Part shown: positions 30,635-41,536 of the stretch, in pieces
How positions within the stretch are numbered: position 1 is the first letter of the stretch
How the letters are laid out: each line of letters starts with the position of its first letter
From: Candidatus Omnitrophota bacterium
Lineage (GTDB): Bacteria > Omnitrophota > Gorgyraeia > Zapsychrales > Zapsychraceae
Reading direction: 5' to 3'
DNA length: 64,000 nt
NCBI GenBank assembly: GCA_015233115.1
Contig: JADFYJ010000014.1
Location: forward strand, 11,028-75,027
Notes under the pieces: model-generated
Told to the model about the DNA's origin: nothing
Databases searched by the model: none
What the model saw: only the letters and a program-made list of their open reading frames with translations
Made by a program: the position numbers and the translations under genes

Positions 30635-31417
30635 GTGTTTGGAAATAGACGAAACAACTCTACACTGATCATCATTGCTTGCCTTACTATTCTTTTCTTT
30701 TTATTTCGAAGTAATTTTTTTGATGCGTTAAAATTTAGTACGATCGACGGCATTAAGGGTCCGATCCGGGTTTTGGCTTGGCCGGTTTTGGAAGTCAGAA
30801 AGCTTATCTTATTTCATCAAAGTTACTCGGAAAATGGTCGTTTACGCAAGGCGAACGAAATATTGAAAGCTCAACTGGCCGGCATTGATGACGTGGTCGC
30901 TGAAAATCAGCGGTTAAGTCAAATGTTAGCGTTGAAACGGAAAAATGTTTTTTCATCTGTAGCCGCTTCTGTGATCGGCCGCGATCCCTCCTATTGGAAT
31001 TCCATTTTGGTCATTGATAAAGGAAGCGCTGATGGCGTGAAAATGGGACAAGCTGTGATCAGTCCTGCCGGGGTAGTTGGCAAAGTGACAGAAGTCGGAC
31101 GTAATTCTAGTAAAGTGGTTTTGATCACAGACCCGGATTTTAGCGTGGCGGCGGTCATTGAAGATTCTCGGGAAAGCGGATTAGTTTCCGGAACGCTGCA
31201 AGGGTTGTCCCGTATGAAATATTTACGGAAGGACGCTGTCATCTCTGTCGGCAGCCGGGTAGTTACGTCGAAGATTAGCTCATCGTTTCCGGAAAATTTA
31301 TTAATTGGAGAAGTGATTCAAGTGCTTCCTACGGCTGATGGGGATTCAATGGAGTGTACTGTAAAGCCGCAGATTGATTTGTCGCGGCTGGAAGAAGTGC
31401 TTGTCGTAGGAGAATAA
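30635..31417 (+). CDS. mreC: Rod shape-determining protein MreC
   Basis: ENQRL coiled coil, IDKGSADGV, GVVGKV, FPENLLIG; downstream of mreB. Confidence 0.93.
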   Translation: MFGNRRNNSTLIIIACLTILFFLFRSNFFDALKFSTIDGIKGPIRVLAWPVLEVRKLILFHQSYSENGRLRKANEILKAQLAGIDDVVAENQRLSQMLALKRKNVFSSVAASVIGRDPSYWNSILVIDKGSADGVKMGQAVISPAGVVGKVTEVGRNSSKVVLITDPDFSVAAVIEDSRESGLVSGTLQGLSRMKYLRKDAVISVGSRVVTSKISSSFPENLLIGEVIQVLPTADGDSMECTVKPQIDLSRLEEVLVVGE

Positions 31418-31506
31418 CCAAGTGATAAAGGTGATAAAGGAAAAAGCGATGGGTGAAAAACGATAGGTTTGAAAAATTAAAAATTAAAAATTTTGGGATT
31501 TGTTAA

Positions 31507-31989
31507 GTGCGAAAAATATTATTTTTAATTCTGGCTTGTATGGTTTGCTTTATTTTTGAATTTCTTATATTCAATTATATCGGGCCATGGGTTAGGCCGA
31601 GTTTGGTGGTGATCCTTTTGGTATTCGCGACCGTATTTTGGAATGTGGAGAGCGGTATTCTGGTCGCTGTTCTTGGAGGAATACTGGAGGACAGTTTTGG
31701 AGCATCATTTGGGTTTAATATGGTGGCGTATGGATTTTGCGTGCTGGCGACTTCATTTTTTAATGATTATATTTATCAAAAAGGATCAAGAATTTCGCTC
31801 GTGATCCTTTTATTTTTTGTTCTTGTCGCTAATATTTTTGCCCGTTTCGTATTAATGACGATGGCAGATCAAGCGATTTCATTCAGTATGGTCTACAGGG
31901 GAATTTTTTCAGATATTGCCGTTACGATTTTGATCGCCAACTTGATGTTTAATGGTCTTATTCGATGCGCCTTAAAATTATCCGTATAA
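31507..31989 (+). CDS. mreD: Rod shape-determining protein MreD
   Basis: 160-aa polytopic membrane protein with GGILED, between mreC and mrdA. Confidence 0.8.
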   Translation: MRKILFLILACMVCFIFEFLIFNYIGPWVRPSLVVILLVFATVFWNVESGILVAVLGGILEDSFGASFGFNMVAYGFCVLATSFFNDYIYQKGSRISLVILLFFVLVANIFARFVLMTMADQAISFSMVYRGIFSDIAVTILIANLMFNGLIRCALKLSV

Positions 31990-33677
31990 TTATTACTGTT
32001 TTATTTATCGGGGTGATCTTGCACCTTTTTAACGCGCAGGTAATCCGCGGAAAATATTATCACCAGTTAAGCACCCAGAATCGGATACGGGTGGTGCCGC
32101 TTGATGGATGGCGGGGCGCGATCCGTGACCGCAATGGCGTGGTTTTGGCTGATAATAAATTGGCATATAATCTGGCCGTCACGCCGCAGGATATTACGGA
32201 TGTTGAACCGCTATTTGAATTTTTGGAGCAGGTGTTGGATATTCCCAGCCGTGAATTGATGCGGCGGTATCAGCAAAATCGTGAGGCCCCTTTTGCGCCT
32301 GTGGTTTTGGCGGAAGATATTACCCGAGAAAAAGCAATTGTCATTGAGGAAAATGAGTACCGGTTCCCATCCATATGGGTGCAAAAAACTTTCCGGCGTT
32401 TTTATCCTTTAAAAAATAATTCTGCGCATGTACTGGGCTATGTTGACAAAGTTAATGAAGATAAATTTGAAAATCTTCAAGAATACGGCTATTCTCCGCA
32501 GAGTTTGGTTGGGTATTTGGGTGTGGAAGAGTATTATGACCGGTATTTACGCGGAGAGGAAGGCGGCTTGCAGGTTGAAGTTAACAATCGGGGCAAGCAG
32601 GTTCGGTTATTGAGTATTAAAGATGCCAAGCAAGGGCAGGATATTGAGTTAACCATAGATTCGAGTATACAAGGGATGGGAGCGGAATTATTGCAAGGCC
32701 GGGTTGGGTCGGTCGTGATGATGGATATGGAAAGCGGCGAGATATTAGCCATGGTGAGTTCTCCTGATTATGACCCCAATGTGTTCGTGAACCCGGCATT
32801 CAACAAAATCAAAGTGGATATTTTGACGGATACGCGCGGCCCTTTGATTAACCGTGTGGTCCGGGGCACGTATCCGCCGGGATCAGTTTTTAAAATTCCT
32901 ATGGCGTTTGCCTCTTTGGATTCTAAAAAAGTTTCTTTATTGACGAGGTTTAACTGCCCGGGGTATTTAGAGGTGGGGGGCAGAAAATTCGGATGCACGC
33001 ACGTGCATGGTGAACAGGATTTAATGGAAGCGATCGCTCATTCGTGCGATGTGTATTTTTATCATGTGGGTCAATTGTTGGGCGCGGATATGATCGCTTA
33101 TTATGGAAAAATGTTTGGGTTAGGACGTCTCACCGGAATTGATCTGCCTTATGAAAAACCCGGGTTTATCCCGGAACGGAAAATGTATCGTCTCTCTGGA
33201 AAAGAGTGGTATTTAGGAAATACTCTTAATTTTTCGATTGGACAAGGAGATACGCTGGCCACTTCGCTGCAGTTAGCGCGGATGTTGTCGACTGTGGCTC
33301 TCAATGGCGCGGAAGTGCAACCGCATGTGATCCGTTCTATTAATGGGTCGCCCGTGAGCAAATTTAATTTTACGAGAAAGATTAAACTCAATCCGGAGTT
33401 GTTTACTGAAATTAAAAAAGGACTGCGCGCGACTGTTGCTGATCCGACTGGGACAGCCTATGATTTAAATATGCCGGATCTTTATATCGCGGGAAAGACC
33501 GGTACCGCCCAGACTATGCGAGGACGTGAATCGCACGCGTGGTTCGCGGGTTACGCGTTAGGTAAATCACGGCATGTGTCGTTCTGCGTTTTTTTAGAAT
33601 ACGGCGGTTCGAGCCAAAACGCTTGTATTTTAGGGAGGCAGTTGTTTGAGAGAATGAGAGAAAAGGGACTTATTTAA
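31965..33677 (+). CDS. mrdA: Penicillin-binding protein 2
   Basis: RGAIRDRNG dimerisation domain, YPPGSVFK (SxxK), SCD, KTGTAQ. Confidence 0.95.
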   Translation: MRLKIIRIIITVLFIGVILHLFNAQVIRGKYYHQLSTQNRIRVVPLDGWRGAIRDRNGVVLADNKLAYNLAVTPQDITDVEPLFEFLEQVLDIPSRELMRRYQQNREAPFAPVVLAEDITREKAIVIEENEYRFPSIWVQKTFRRFYPLKNNSAHVLGYVDKVNEDKFENLQEYGYSPQSLVGYLGVEEYYDRYLRGEEGGLQVEVNNRGKQVRLLSIKDAKQGQDIELTIDSSIQGMGAELLQGRVGSVVMMDMESGEILAMVSSPDYDPNVFVNPAFNKIKVDILTDTRGPLINRVVRGTYPPGSVFKIPMAFASLDSKKVSLLTRFNCPGYLEVGGRKFGCTHVHGEQDLMEAIAHSCDVYFYHVGQLLGADMIAYYGKMFGLGRLTGIDLPYEKPGFIPERKMYRLSGKEWYLGNTLNFSIGQGDTLATSLQLARMLSTVALNGAEVQPHVIRSINGSPVSKFNFTRKIKLNPELFTEIKKGLRATVADPTGTAYDLNMPDLYIAGKTGTAQTMRGRESHAWFAGYALGKSRHVSFCVFLEYGGSSQNACILGRQLFERMREKGLI

Positions 33678-33682
33678 AAGCG

Positions 33683-33836
33683 GTATGTCGTATGTGGTAT
33701 GTAGTATGGGGCGAAGAATTTAAAATAATAAAAAAATTGAAAAATGATTTTAAAAACATAATGGGCAAAAGCAAAAAATGTAACAGAAACGCGAAGCGTT
33801 CCAACAATGACATACGACATACTACGCACTACATAC
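33683..33836 (+). repeat. Intergenic element with inverted heptamer arms (GTATGTN / NACATAC)
   Basis: Left 33683-33708, right 33809-33836, between mrdA and rodA. Confidence 0.85.
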
Positions 33837-33852
33837 TCAACAGGCATAATTT

Positions 33853-34962
33853 ATGAACAGAAGCTTAGTTTTTAAAATTTGGTTGTTTTCAATTTTGATC
33901 ATGATATTTGGGTTGATCGGACTTTATAGCGCGACTTTTAATAATGTCCGGGTGCCGCAGAAAATTTTTTATGATCAAATGATATTTTCATTAATCGCGA
34001 TCCTCATCATGTGGGGCTTGAGCAATACGGATTATCGTAAATTTTATGATTTTGCTTACATTGTTTACGGCGGCAATGTTTTGTTTTTAGTTTTGGTTTT
34101 ACTTTCCGGCCGCAATGCGTTAGGCGCGACCCGTTGGTTTGAAGTCGCGGGCTTTAGTTTTCAGCCGTCGGAATTTATGAAATTGAGTTTGATTTTGGCG
34201 TTAGGACGATATTATTCCAGCCGGTCTTCGAATTATATGTTTGGTTTTTATGGACGGATCATGTACGTGGTTCAGTTTATTATTGTGCCGTTTTTGTTAA
34301 CCGCTGTGCCCATGTATTTAATTTTTAAACAGCCGGATTTGGGGACCGCTATATTATTGTTTGGTATTTTTTTCGCTATGCTTTTTATTAACGGGATATC
34401 ATACCGTTTTATTTTTGGATTTATGGGTTTGTGTGTTTTGGTTACTCCGGTTTTATGGATGATGATGAAAGATTACCAGAAAGCCAGGTTGTTAGTTTTT
34501 CTTAATCCGAACATTGATCCTTTGGGATCAGGATATACGATTATTCAATCAAAGATTGCCGTGGGTTCTGGACAGATATTTGGAAAAGGCTGGTTTGCCG
34601 GGACACAAAACCAATTGAATTTTCTTCCAGAGAGGCATACGGATTTTATTTTTTCGGTGATTGGTGAAGAATGGGGATTCATAGGCTGTGTATTTATGAT
34701 TGGGTGTTTTTATATGTTAGTGCGTGCGGGTTTAAGCATCGCGGAAAAAGTGACAGACAAATTTGGGGTGAATGTAACAGTCGGGATTGCTTCGATTTTA
34801 GCGTTGCAAGTGGTGATCAATGTGGGCATGGTTATGGGTATGTTTCCTATAGTAGGCATTACTTTGCCTTTAGTCAGTTATGGACGCACGTCATTTTTAA
34901 CCACAGCTATCATGCTGGGATTTTTATTGAATTTAAGCCGTAAACGAACATTTGCTGGATGA
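33853..34962 (+). CDS. rodA: SEDS peptidoglycan polymerase RodA
   Basis: GATRW, FQPSEFMK, QPDLGTA, LPERHTDFIF, GITLPLVSYG. Confidence 0.95.
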   Translation: MNRSLVFKIWLFSILIMIFGLIGLYSATFNNVRVPQKIFYDQMIFSLIAILIMWGLSNTDYRKFYDFAYIVYGGNVLFLVLVLLSGRNALGATRWFEVAGFSFQPSEFMKLSLILALGRYYSSRSSNYMFGFYGRIMYVVQFIIVPFLLTAVPMYLIFKQPDLGTAILLFGIFFAMLFINGISYRFIFGFMGLCVLVTPVLWMMMKDYQKARLLVFLNPNIDPLGSGYTIIQSKIAVGSGQIFGKGWFAGTQNQLNFLPERHTDFIFSVIGEEWGFIGCVFMIGCFYMLVRAGLSIAEKVTDKFGVNVTVGIASILALQVVINVGMVMGMFPIVGITLPLVSYGRTSFLTTAIMLGFLLNLSRKRTFAG

Positions 34963-36829
34963 TATCTCTTTGACCAACCAAGAACTGTCTTTTAAAAATA
35001 TCCTCCAACACGGAGGACTCCTGCTGGCATTGCTCGTCGCGGTAATTTTGCGGATTGCTTATGCCATCGACTTTTGGCACAGCCCATTCTTTCCTTTAAT
35101 GCCATACACGGACGGGTATTACTATTACACTTGGGCCAATGACATCGCGAGCGGCGAATTTATTAAAACTACTGCTTTCATGAAATGGCCGCTTTACGCT
35201 TATTTCTTTAGTTTGTTGATCAGGTTTTGTTCTGACCCTCTGACGTCTCTTTACATTTTTCAGTTCGCCGCTGGGGTCTTAACCTGCGGCCTTATTTATT
35301 TTATTTCCCTTAAAATTTTTAATAGGCCTACTGCGGTCATCGCAGGGCTACTTTGCGCTGTTTACACGCCTTTTATTTTTTATGAAGGACTGGCGACCTA
35401 TACCAGCTTATCTATTTTACTGGAAGCGGTTTTCTTACTTTTTGTTCTTAACTCGAGAGGTTCTGTTGCGCCAAACCGATTTTTTTCTCTAGGCCTGATA
35501 GCAGGGATTTGTTTCATTTTGCAGGGGAATATCATTATTTTCAGCTTGGCGGCTTTGGTCTGGCTGTTGAGCACAAATGCTAGCGCGCGGCCTAAATTTT
35601 TAAGCCTGGCGGTTTGTTTTTTTCTGGGTTTAGGTGCTGTGGTCAGTATAACGGCTATGATGAATTTTTGCGCGGAGAAAGATGCAGTCGCCGTCACTGG
35701 GAATTTCGGATTTAATTTTTATTCCGGTAACAATTCTCAGGCCAGGGGAATGGCTACCTATGATAATGATATCAGCCGGAATCAGGAAGATATGCTGCGC
35801 GATGCGCGTATTGTAGCGCAATCTTCTTTGCATAAAAAACTTAAGACTTCTGAAGTATCACATTTTTGGTTTAAAAAGAGCACGGCGTTTATTAAAGAAC
35901 ATCCGGGGCAATACTTGCACTTATTATTTCAGAAAGCTTTGTTAATATTTTGTCCTGAGAATACACAGCCTGAAAAAGAATATTCCGCCGCGTTTAAAAA
36001 TATCCGTCTTTTACCATTGTTTCAACCTGCGGCAGTTATTATTTTTCCTCTGGCTCTGTTCGGATTCATTTTTAGTCTGAAACATCGACGGAATGCCGCG
36101 CTTCTTTATTGCGCAATCCTTTCATGCGTGCAGGGTATGCTATTATTTTTTGTCATTGATAAACTTCGCATCCATATGATGCCATTTTTAATCATTCTTG
36201 CCGCTTATGGCATTTATTCTCTGTTTGATATCATTCGTAACAAAGAGTACTTAAAAATGGGGGGAATGGTGATTCTTCTCATTTTTTGTTTTATTCTGAT
36301 TAACCAGCGGTCAATCTTACCCGCGCAAAATAATTCTCGCCTCTTGGACCGCCAGAATCTTTACGATCAATATTTGGATCAGGCAGACAGCTTTGAGAGC
36401 GGTGGGGAAATTCTTAAAGCCATTCAGGCTTTAAAGACGGCATCTGTTATAGGCCCGGACAATCGCAGGGCTCCGTTTAGAATGGGGATCATTTTGGTTT
36501 CTTTAGGTGACTTGAAGGGGGCTGAAGAAAATTTTAAGCGTGCGATCACTTTAAGTCCCACTTGTGTTGATGCTTTGTATAATTTAGGTTTTATTTATAA
36601 TAAGCAGCAAAAATATTTGCAAGCTTTGGAGTCGTTGATCAGAGCTGCGGATCTCAATCCTGATGATGCACGGGTACATTTTGAATTGGGTATCGCATAC
36701 AAAGAAAGCCATGACTTAAAGAATGCTGCAACTGAACAGGAATTAGCCTTGAAAAAAATGGCGCGGTGGCGAGTTAGGGAACGTTCGTTGATTATCAGGG
36801 AACTTGGCGTCATCAAACAAATCCGTTAA
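34952..36829 (+). CDS. GT-C (ArnT/PMT-like) membrane glycosyltransferase with TPR tail
   Basis: TDGYYYYTWA..WPLY luminal motif, multiple TMs, NFYSGNN, C-terminal TPRs; start codon uncertain. Confidence 0.72.
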   Translation: MLDDISLTNQELSFKNILQHGGLLLALLVAVILRIAYAIDFWHSPFFPLMPYTDGYYYYTWANDIASGEFIKTTAFMKWPLYAYFFSLLIRFCSDPLTSLYIFQFAAGVLTCGLIYFISLKIFNRPTAVIAGLLCAVYTPFIFYEGLATYTSLSILLEAVFLLFVLNSRGSVAPNRFFSLGLIAGICFILQGNIIIFSLAALVWLLSTNASARPKFLSLAVCFFLGLGAVVSITAMMNFCAEKDAVAVTGNFGFNFYSGNNSQARGMATYDNDISRNQEDMLRDARIVAQSSLHKKLKTSEVSHFWFKKSTAFIKEHPGQYLHLLFQKALLIFCPENTQPEKEYSAAFKNIRLLPLFQPAAVIIFPLALFGFIFSLKHRRNAALLYCAILSCVQGMLLFFVIDKLRIHMMPFLIILAAYGIYSLFDIIRNKEYLKMGGMVILLIFCFILINQRSILPAQNNSRLLDRQNLYDQYLDQADSFESGGEILKAIQALKTASVIGPDNRRAPFRMGIILVSLGDLKGAEENFKRAITLSPTCVDALYNLGFIYNKQQKYLQALESLIRAADLNPDDARVHFELGIAYKESHDLKNAATEQELALKKMARWRVRERSLIIRELGVIKQIR

Positions 36830-36852
36830 TAATGATAATATTCTTTTAATGA

Positions 36853-36881
36853 TTGTCATTTAATATGGTCTATAGTAAAAT
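36853..36881 (+). promoter_or_regulatory. Putative sigma70 promoter upstream of the pilus block
   Basis: TTGTCA, 17 bp, TAAAAT. Confidence 0.5.
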
Positions 36882-37032
36882 CACTTCAAGTTTATTTGTA
36901 AGTTGTTAATACAAAAATACTTGTGCTATGGATCATTGGGGATACTTTACAGGGAAATTCGTGCTGTCTTCCGGCAGGCAGGAATAGCCCCTACGTTTTT
37001 TACTAATCGCTTTCTTTGTTCCGTGATTAAAT

Positions 37033-37479
37033 ATGAAAGAACTTAAAAGAACTAATACAAAAAAATTGGGTGAGGTACTCGTCGAGAGGGGAGTCATTAA
37101 TCACCAACAGCTTAACAAGGCACTGGAAATTTGGGAGACTAAAGGCGGTCTCATGGGTGAAACGTTAGTTGATCTGAAATTTGCCACTGAAGAAGATATC
37201 GCGCAAGCCTTAACCTGCCAATATGGGTTTCCTTTCTTGCCTTTGACGAATTATGAAGTTGATCCTGCTGTTATTCATTCCGTACCTAAAAAAATATGCC
37301 AGGAATATGTTTTGGCTCCGATTGATAAAATTGGTAAAAGTATAACCTTAGCCATGGCCAATCCTTTAAATACGTTCGCGATCGAAGAGATTGAAAAAGT
37401 AACAGAATGTTCAATCCAGGTTTTTGTCAGTACCGGGACAGAAATTAAGAAGTTTTTAGAAAAAAACTACGTGGAGTGA
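37033..37479 (+). CDS. Stand-alone MshEN/T2SSE_N domain protein (no ATPase domain)
   Basis: KKLGEVLVERGVINHQQLNKAL and LMGETLVDLKF tandem MshEN-like motifs, LAMANPLN; 148 aa, no Walker motifs. Confidence 0.8.
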   Translation: MKELKRTNTKKLGEVLVERGVINHQQLNKALEIWETKGGLMGETLVDLKFATEEDIAQALTCQYGFPFLPLTNYEVDPAVIHSVPKKICQEYVLAPIDKIGKSITLAMANPLNTFAIEEIEKVTECSIQVFVSTGTEIKKFLEKNYVE

Positions 37480-37480
37480 T

Positions 37481-39259
37481 ATGGCCTTCCTAAAGGACCG
37501 GATCAAAGAAATTTTGTTGAGGGATAAACATCTCTCTGCCTCTGATCTTGAAAAAGCGCTGGGTGAACAACAGCGTAAAGGCGGGGAATTAAGCCGGATT
37601 CTTATTGATATGAAATTGATTGATGAAGATACGTTGACGAGCGTATTGAGTCAAAGCCTAGGTATTCCTGTCATTAGTATTACCCGCATTAAAATAGACC
37701 CTCAAGTGATTAAATTTATAGCTCGCGATGTTGCCTTGAAATATCAAATTATGCCCGTTTCTTTAATTGGCCAGACTTTAACTTTGGCTATGGCTGATCC
37801 GTTGAACATTTTTGTTATTGATAATGTCAAGGCGGTAACCGGGTATACGATTAATCCCATTATCGGGCGCAAAGCGGAAATCGCGGGCGCGATTGAACAA
37901 TATTACAAAAAAACGGAAGCGCCTAAAGAAGAAGCTTCAGAAGAATCTCGTGAAGAGTCTTTGGATAAAATTAGTGATTTAATGGGAGATATGGCGAATG
38001 CGGAAGAGCTTGATGAGATTAAGTCGGATGAATTTATCGGGTCTTCGTCGGGTGTGGAAGAGATTAAAGATGAGGCGCCGATTATCCGTCTGACGGATTC
38101 GATCGTCCGGCAATCGGTTCTTATGAAATCCAGCGACGTTTTTATTGAACCTTTAGAAAAAGAAATGCGGGTGAGGCTGAGAGTTGACGGGGTTATCCGG
38201 GAGATTGACCGTCTACCCAAAGCGATTTTGGCGCCATTGGTATCGCGCATTAAAGTTATTTCAAATCTGGATATTTCCGAACACCGGCTCCCTCAAGATG
38301 GACGCTTTAAGATGATCGTGTCCGCGGATAAAGAAGTTGATTTCCGGGTGAATGTTTTACCGACCGCGTTAGGGGAAAAGGTGTGTTTACGCGTGCTGGA
38401 CCAGACGGGTACGGTTTTGGATGTGGAAAAACTAGGGTTTGAGGCCAGTTCTTTACGGCGGTTAAAAGAATGCGCGCTTAAACCGCATGGCATGATTTTG
38501 ACTTGCGGCCCTACGGGTAGTGGAAAAACCACCACGTTGTATTCGATTCTCAAACACGTCGACTCTCCGGAAAAAAATATTGTGACGGTGGAAGATCCGG
38601 TCGAATACCAGTTTAAGGGAGCGTGCCAGGTCAATGTCAAGCCCGCCATGGGACTGACGTTCGCGACGAGCTTGCGCTCAATTCTTCGGCAGGATCCGGA
38701 CATAATTATGATCGGAGAGATCCGTGACGCGGAAACTTTGGATATTGCCGTGAAAGCCGCTTTGACGGGACATTTGGTATTGAGTTCGCTGCATACCACT
38801 ACCGCTTCGGGTTCTGTGGTGCGGATGGTGAATATGGGGGTAGAACCGTTTTTAATTTGTTCTTCGGTTTTAGCGATTATTGCTCAGCGGCTTTTAAGAA
38901 AAGTCTGCCAGAATTGTAAAGAGCCCTATACTCCTCCGGAGGCGGTGATTGAAAAAGTGGGACTGCGGCAGGTGACCCAAGACAAAGAAATTATTTTATA
39001 CCGTGGAAAAGGCTGTGAGCAATGTTTTAAGAGCGGATATAAGGGCCGGGTGGGGATTACGGAGATTTTGGTTATGACGCCGGCGCTTAAAGAAGTGATT
39101 ATGGCCATGGCTGGTGAACCCAAAGTCAAAGAGGTTTCCCGCCGTGAAGGGATGATCACCATGCGGGAGGACGCGTTATTGAAAGCTTTGAAAGGGTTAA
39201 CGACGTTAGAAGAAGTTCTACGGATCACTGCGCCGGATGAGATATTGGAGAAAAAGTAA
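37481..39259 (+). CDS. pilB: PilB/GspE family pilus extension ATPase, copy 1
   Basis: LAMADPLN, RLPQDGRF, GPTGSGKTTTLY, TVEDPVE, LRQDPD..GEIRD, AALTGHLV, tetracysteine motif. Confidence 0.92.
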   Translation: MAFLKDRIKEILLRDKHLSASDLEKALGEQQRKGGELSRILIDMKLIDEDTLTSVLSQSLGIPVISITRIKIDPQVIKFIARDVALKYQIMPVSLIGQTLTLAMADPLNIFVIDNVKAVTGYTINPIIGRKAEIAGAIEQYYKKTEAPKEEASEESREESLDKISDLMGDMANAEELDEIKSDEFIGSSSGVEEIKDEAPIIRLTDSIVRQSVLMKSSDVFIEPLEKEMRVRLRVDGVIREIDRLPKAILAPLVSRIKVISNLDISEHRLPQDGRFKMIVSADKEVDFRVNVLPTALGEKVCLRVLDQTGTVLDVEKLGFEASSLRRLKECALKPHGMILTCGPTGSGKTTTLYSILKHVDSPEKNIVTVEDPVEYQFKGACQVNVKPAMGLTFATSLRSILRQDPDIIMIGEIRDAETLDIAVKAALTGHLVLSSLHTTTASGSVVRMVNMGVEPFLICSSVLAIIAQRLLRKVCQNCKEPYTPPEAVIEKVGLRQVTQDKEIILYRGKGCEQCFKSGYKGRVGITEILVMTPALKEVIMAMAGEPKVKEVSRREGMITMREDALLKALKGLTTLEEVLRITAPDEILEKK

Positions 39260-39464
39260 CCGAGTAACCGAGTAACAGAGTAACAAAGAGATAGCACAAA
39301 AGGCTAAACGCGATTGCTGAGAAAAGTTTTGTATTTTAAAAGCATCTATTTATTAAACATTTTTTATCAATTTTTGAGTATTAGTTTTTGTTTTTTATGC
39401 TTTTCGTTGTTTTACTCGGTTACTTTGTTACTCGGTTACTTTGTTACTCGGTTACTTTGTTACT
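39256..39464 (+). repeat. Intergenic element with inverted octamer arms (GTAACCGA, GTAACAGA / TCGGTTAC, TTTGTTAC)
   Basis: Left arm includes the pilB1 stop codon; right arm 39412-39464. Confidence 0.88.
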
Positions 39465-39481
39465 ATTAAGAATATAATCCT

Positions 39482-41200
39482 ATGGCTAAGACGGTAAAAG
39501 ATACAATTTTGGATGAATTGGTGGGTTCGGGAAAGTTTCCGCCTAAAGTGTTGGAAGAGGCTAAACAGCTTCACCTGCGCGAAAAGATTCCTTTTGAGAA
39601 AGCTTTGATTAAAAAAGGCTTGATTACAGAGGAAGATTGGCTGTTAATGCTGGTTTCTGAACTGGGGATACCATTCGTAAATTTGGCCCGGTATAAATTA
39701 ACGCCCTACTTGCAGGAAATCATTCCAGAAAATATTGCCCGTCAGTATAAAATTGTTCCTTTGGTGGATACGCAATTTTCTGTGACCATCGCGACAGCTG
39801 ACCCCTTAAATGTTTACGCGTTGGATGATCTTAAAAACATTACAGGGAAACGGATTGATGTGGTGTTGAATACAGAGAGTGAAATTATCAAGAAAATTGA
39901 TAATTTTTACGGTGATCCAACGAAACGGGATGTCCCGGAATTTAAGGCTCAGGATGCGGCTTTTGAAGAATTCGAGCTGGTATCTCAAAAAGAAGAAGAT
40001 GACGCGAATTCAGGAGGCGAGGCTGTTGATGAAAGCGAAAAAGCACCAATCATCCGTATGGTTAATCTGATATTGAAAGAAGCCTTGCGTCAACGGGCGT
40101 CGGATATTCATATTGAACCTATGGAAGAGTGCGTCCGGGTGAGGTATCGGATTGATGGGGTTTTGCGGGATGTGCTGACCATTCCTAAAAAAAATCAAAA
40201 CGCGATGGCAACGCGTATCAAGATTATGTCGCGGTTGGATATTACCGTCAATCAAGCGCCGCAGGATGGACGTTTTAAGCTAACGTTAAAAGAAAAGAGC
40301 GTGGATTTTCGCGTTTCCATTCTGCCTGCCACATTTGGCCCCAAAGTGGTTATGCGGATTTTGGATCGTTCCAAATTAGCGGTTGGGGTGGACGGTCTGG
40401 GATTAACTCCTAAAGCTTTGCAGTTGATCAAGGACGGAATTAAAAAACCATTTGGGATGATGTTAGTCACTGGCCCGACAGGAAGCGGAAAATCTACGAC
40501 TTTGTATTCTATTGTGAATGAATTAAATACAGTGGAAAGAAATATCATTACTGTAGAAGATCCGGTTGAATATTTGTTAGAAGGTTTAACTCAGATTCAG
40601 GCCATGCCGGAAATCGGGCTCACCTTCGCGGAAGGCTTGCGTTCCATTTTACGTCAGAGTCCAGACGTGGTCATGGTGGGAGAAATCCGCGATGGGGAGA
40701 CTGCGGATATCGCGATCAAAGCGTCTCTGACTGGGCAATTGGTATTGTCAACGCTGCATACCAACGACGCGGCTGGGGCATTGACGCGTCTGGTGGATAT
40801 GGGAGTGGAGCCGTTTTTAGTGGCTTCCAGTTTGGTGCTGGTCACAGCTCAGCGCTTGTGCCGCAGGATTTGCCCTCACTGCAAAGCAGAAATAAAAATT
40901 GATCCGGATGTGTTAAAACGTTTGGGGGATATTGTTCCGAAGGACTCCATTTTTTATCAAGGCAAAGGTTGTGAGCAATGCAAAAACACCGGCTATACCG
41001 GCCGTTTATGTATTACAGAAGTTTTAGACATTGATGATGAGATACGAATGATGCTGTTGCAAGGAAAGACGTCTGACGAGATTAAAAAATATTCCCGCGA
41101 AAAAAAAGGTATGGCTACGTTGTATCAAGATGCTATGGCTAAATGTTTGCAAGGAATTACCTCTCTAGAAGAGGTCTTTAGGATTACGTCTAGTGACTAA
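39482..41200 (+). CDS. pilB: PilB/GspE family pilus extension ATPase, copy 2
   Basis: ASDIHIEP, PQDGRF, GPTGSGKSTTLY, LRQSPD..GEIRD, TLHTNDA, CPHC/CEQC. Confidence 0.92.
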   Translation: MAKTVKDTILDELVGSGKFPPKVLEEAKQLHLREKIPFEKALIKKGLITEEDWLLMLVSELGIPFVNLARYKLTPYLQEIIPENIARQYKIVPLVDTQFSVTIATADPLNVYALDDLKNITGKRIDVVLNTESEIIKKIDNFYGDPTKRDVPEFKAQDAAFEEFELVSQKEEDDANSGGEAVDESEKAPIIRMVNLILKEALRQRASDIHIEPMEECVRVRYRIDGVLRDVLTIPKKNQNAMATRIKIMSRLDITVNQAPQDGRFKLTLKEKSVDFRVSILPATFGPKVVMRILDRSKLAVGVDGLGLTPKALQLIKDGIKKPFGMMLVTGPTGSGKSTTLYSIVNELNTVERNIITVEDPVEYLLEGLTQIQAMPEIGLTFAEGLRSILRQSPDVVMVGEIRDGETADIAIKASLTGQLVLSTLHTNDAAGALTRLVDMGVEPFLVASSLVLVTAQRLCRRICPHCKAEIKIDPDVLKRLGDIVPKDSIFYQGKGCEQCKNTGYTGRLCITEVLDIDDEIRMMLLQGKTSDEIKKYSREKKGMATLYQDAMAKCLQGITSLEEVFRITSSD

Positions 41201-41203
41201 AAA

Positions 41204-41520
41204 AGAGTAACAAAGTAACCGAGTAACAGAGTAACCGAGTAAAAAAGTAACAACGGAAAGAATATAAAAAAATAAAAAACGAATGTGAAAAGAAAAGCAT
41301 TGGAAAAAAATATAAATTGTAAATTGCAAAGATTCGCTTTTTCTATTCAATATTGATGCTAAAATATCAAAGAATAGGATTTTGTTAAAATATAGAAGAA
41401 CATAAGGTTCGTGGCACAAGTAAGAAATTTTTATTATAAATAATATAATGCTTGCTTTGTGTTTTTAATTTTTTATTGTTTTATCATTGTTACTTTGTTA
41501 CTCGGTTACTCTGTTACTCT
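41204..41520 (+). repeat. Intergenic element with inverted octamer arms (GTAACNNA / TNNGTTAC)
   Basis: Left 41204-41252, right 41487-41520, very AT-rich spacer. Confidence 0.88.
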
Positions 41521-41536
41521 AAAGTGAGGTTAAATT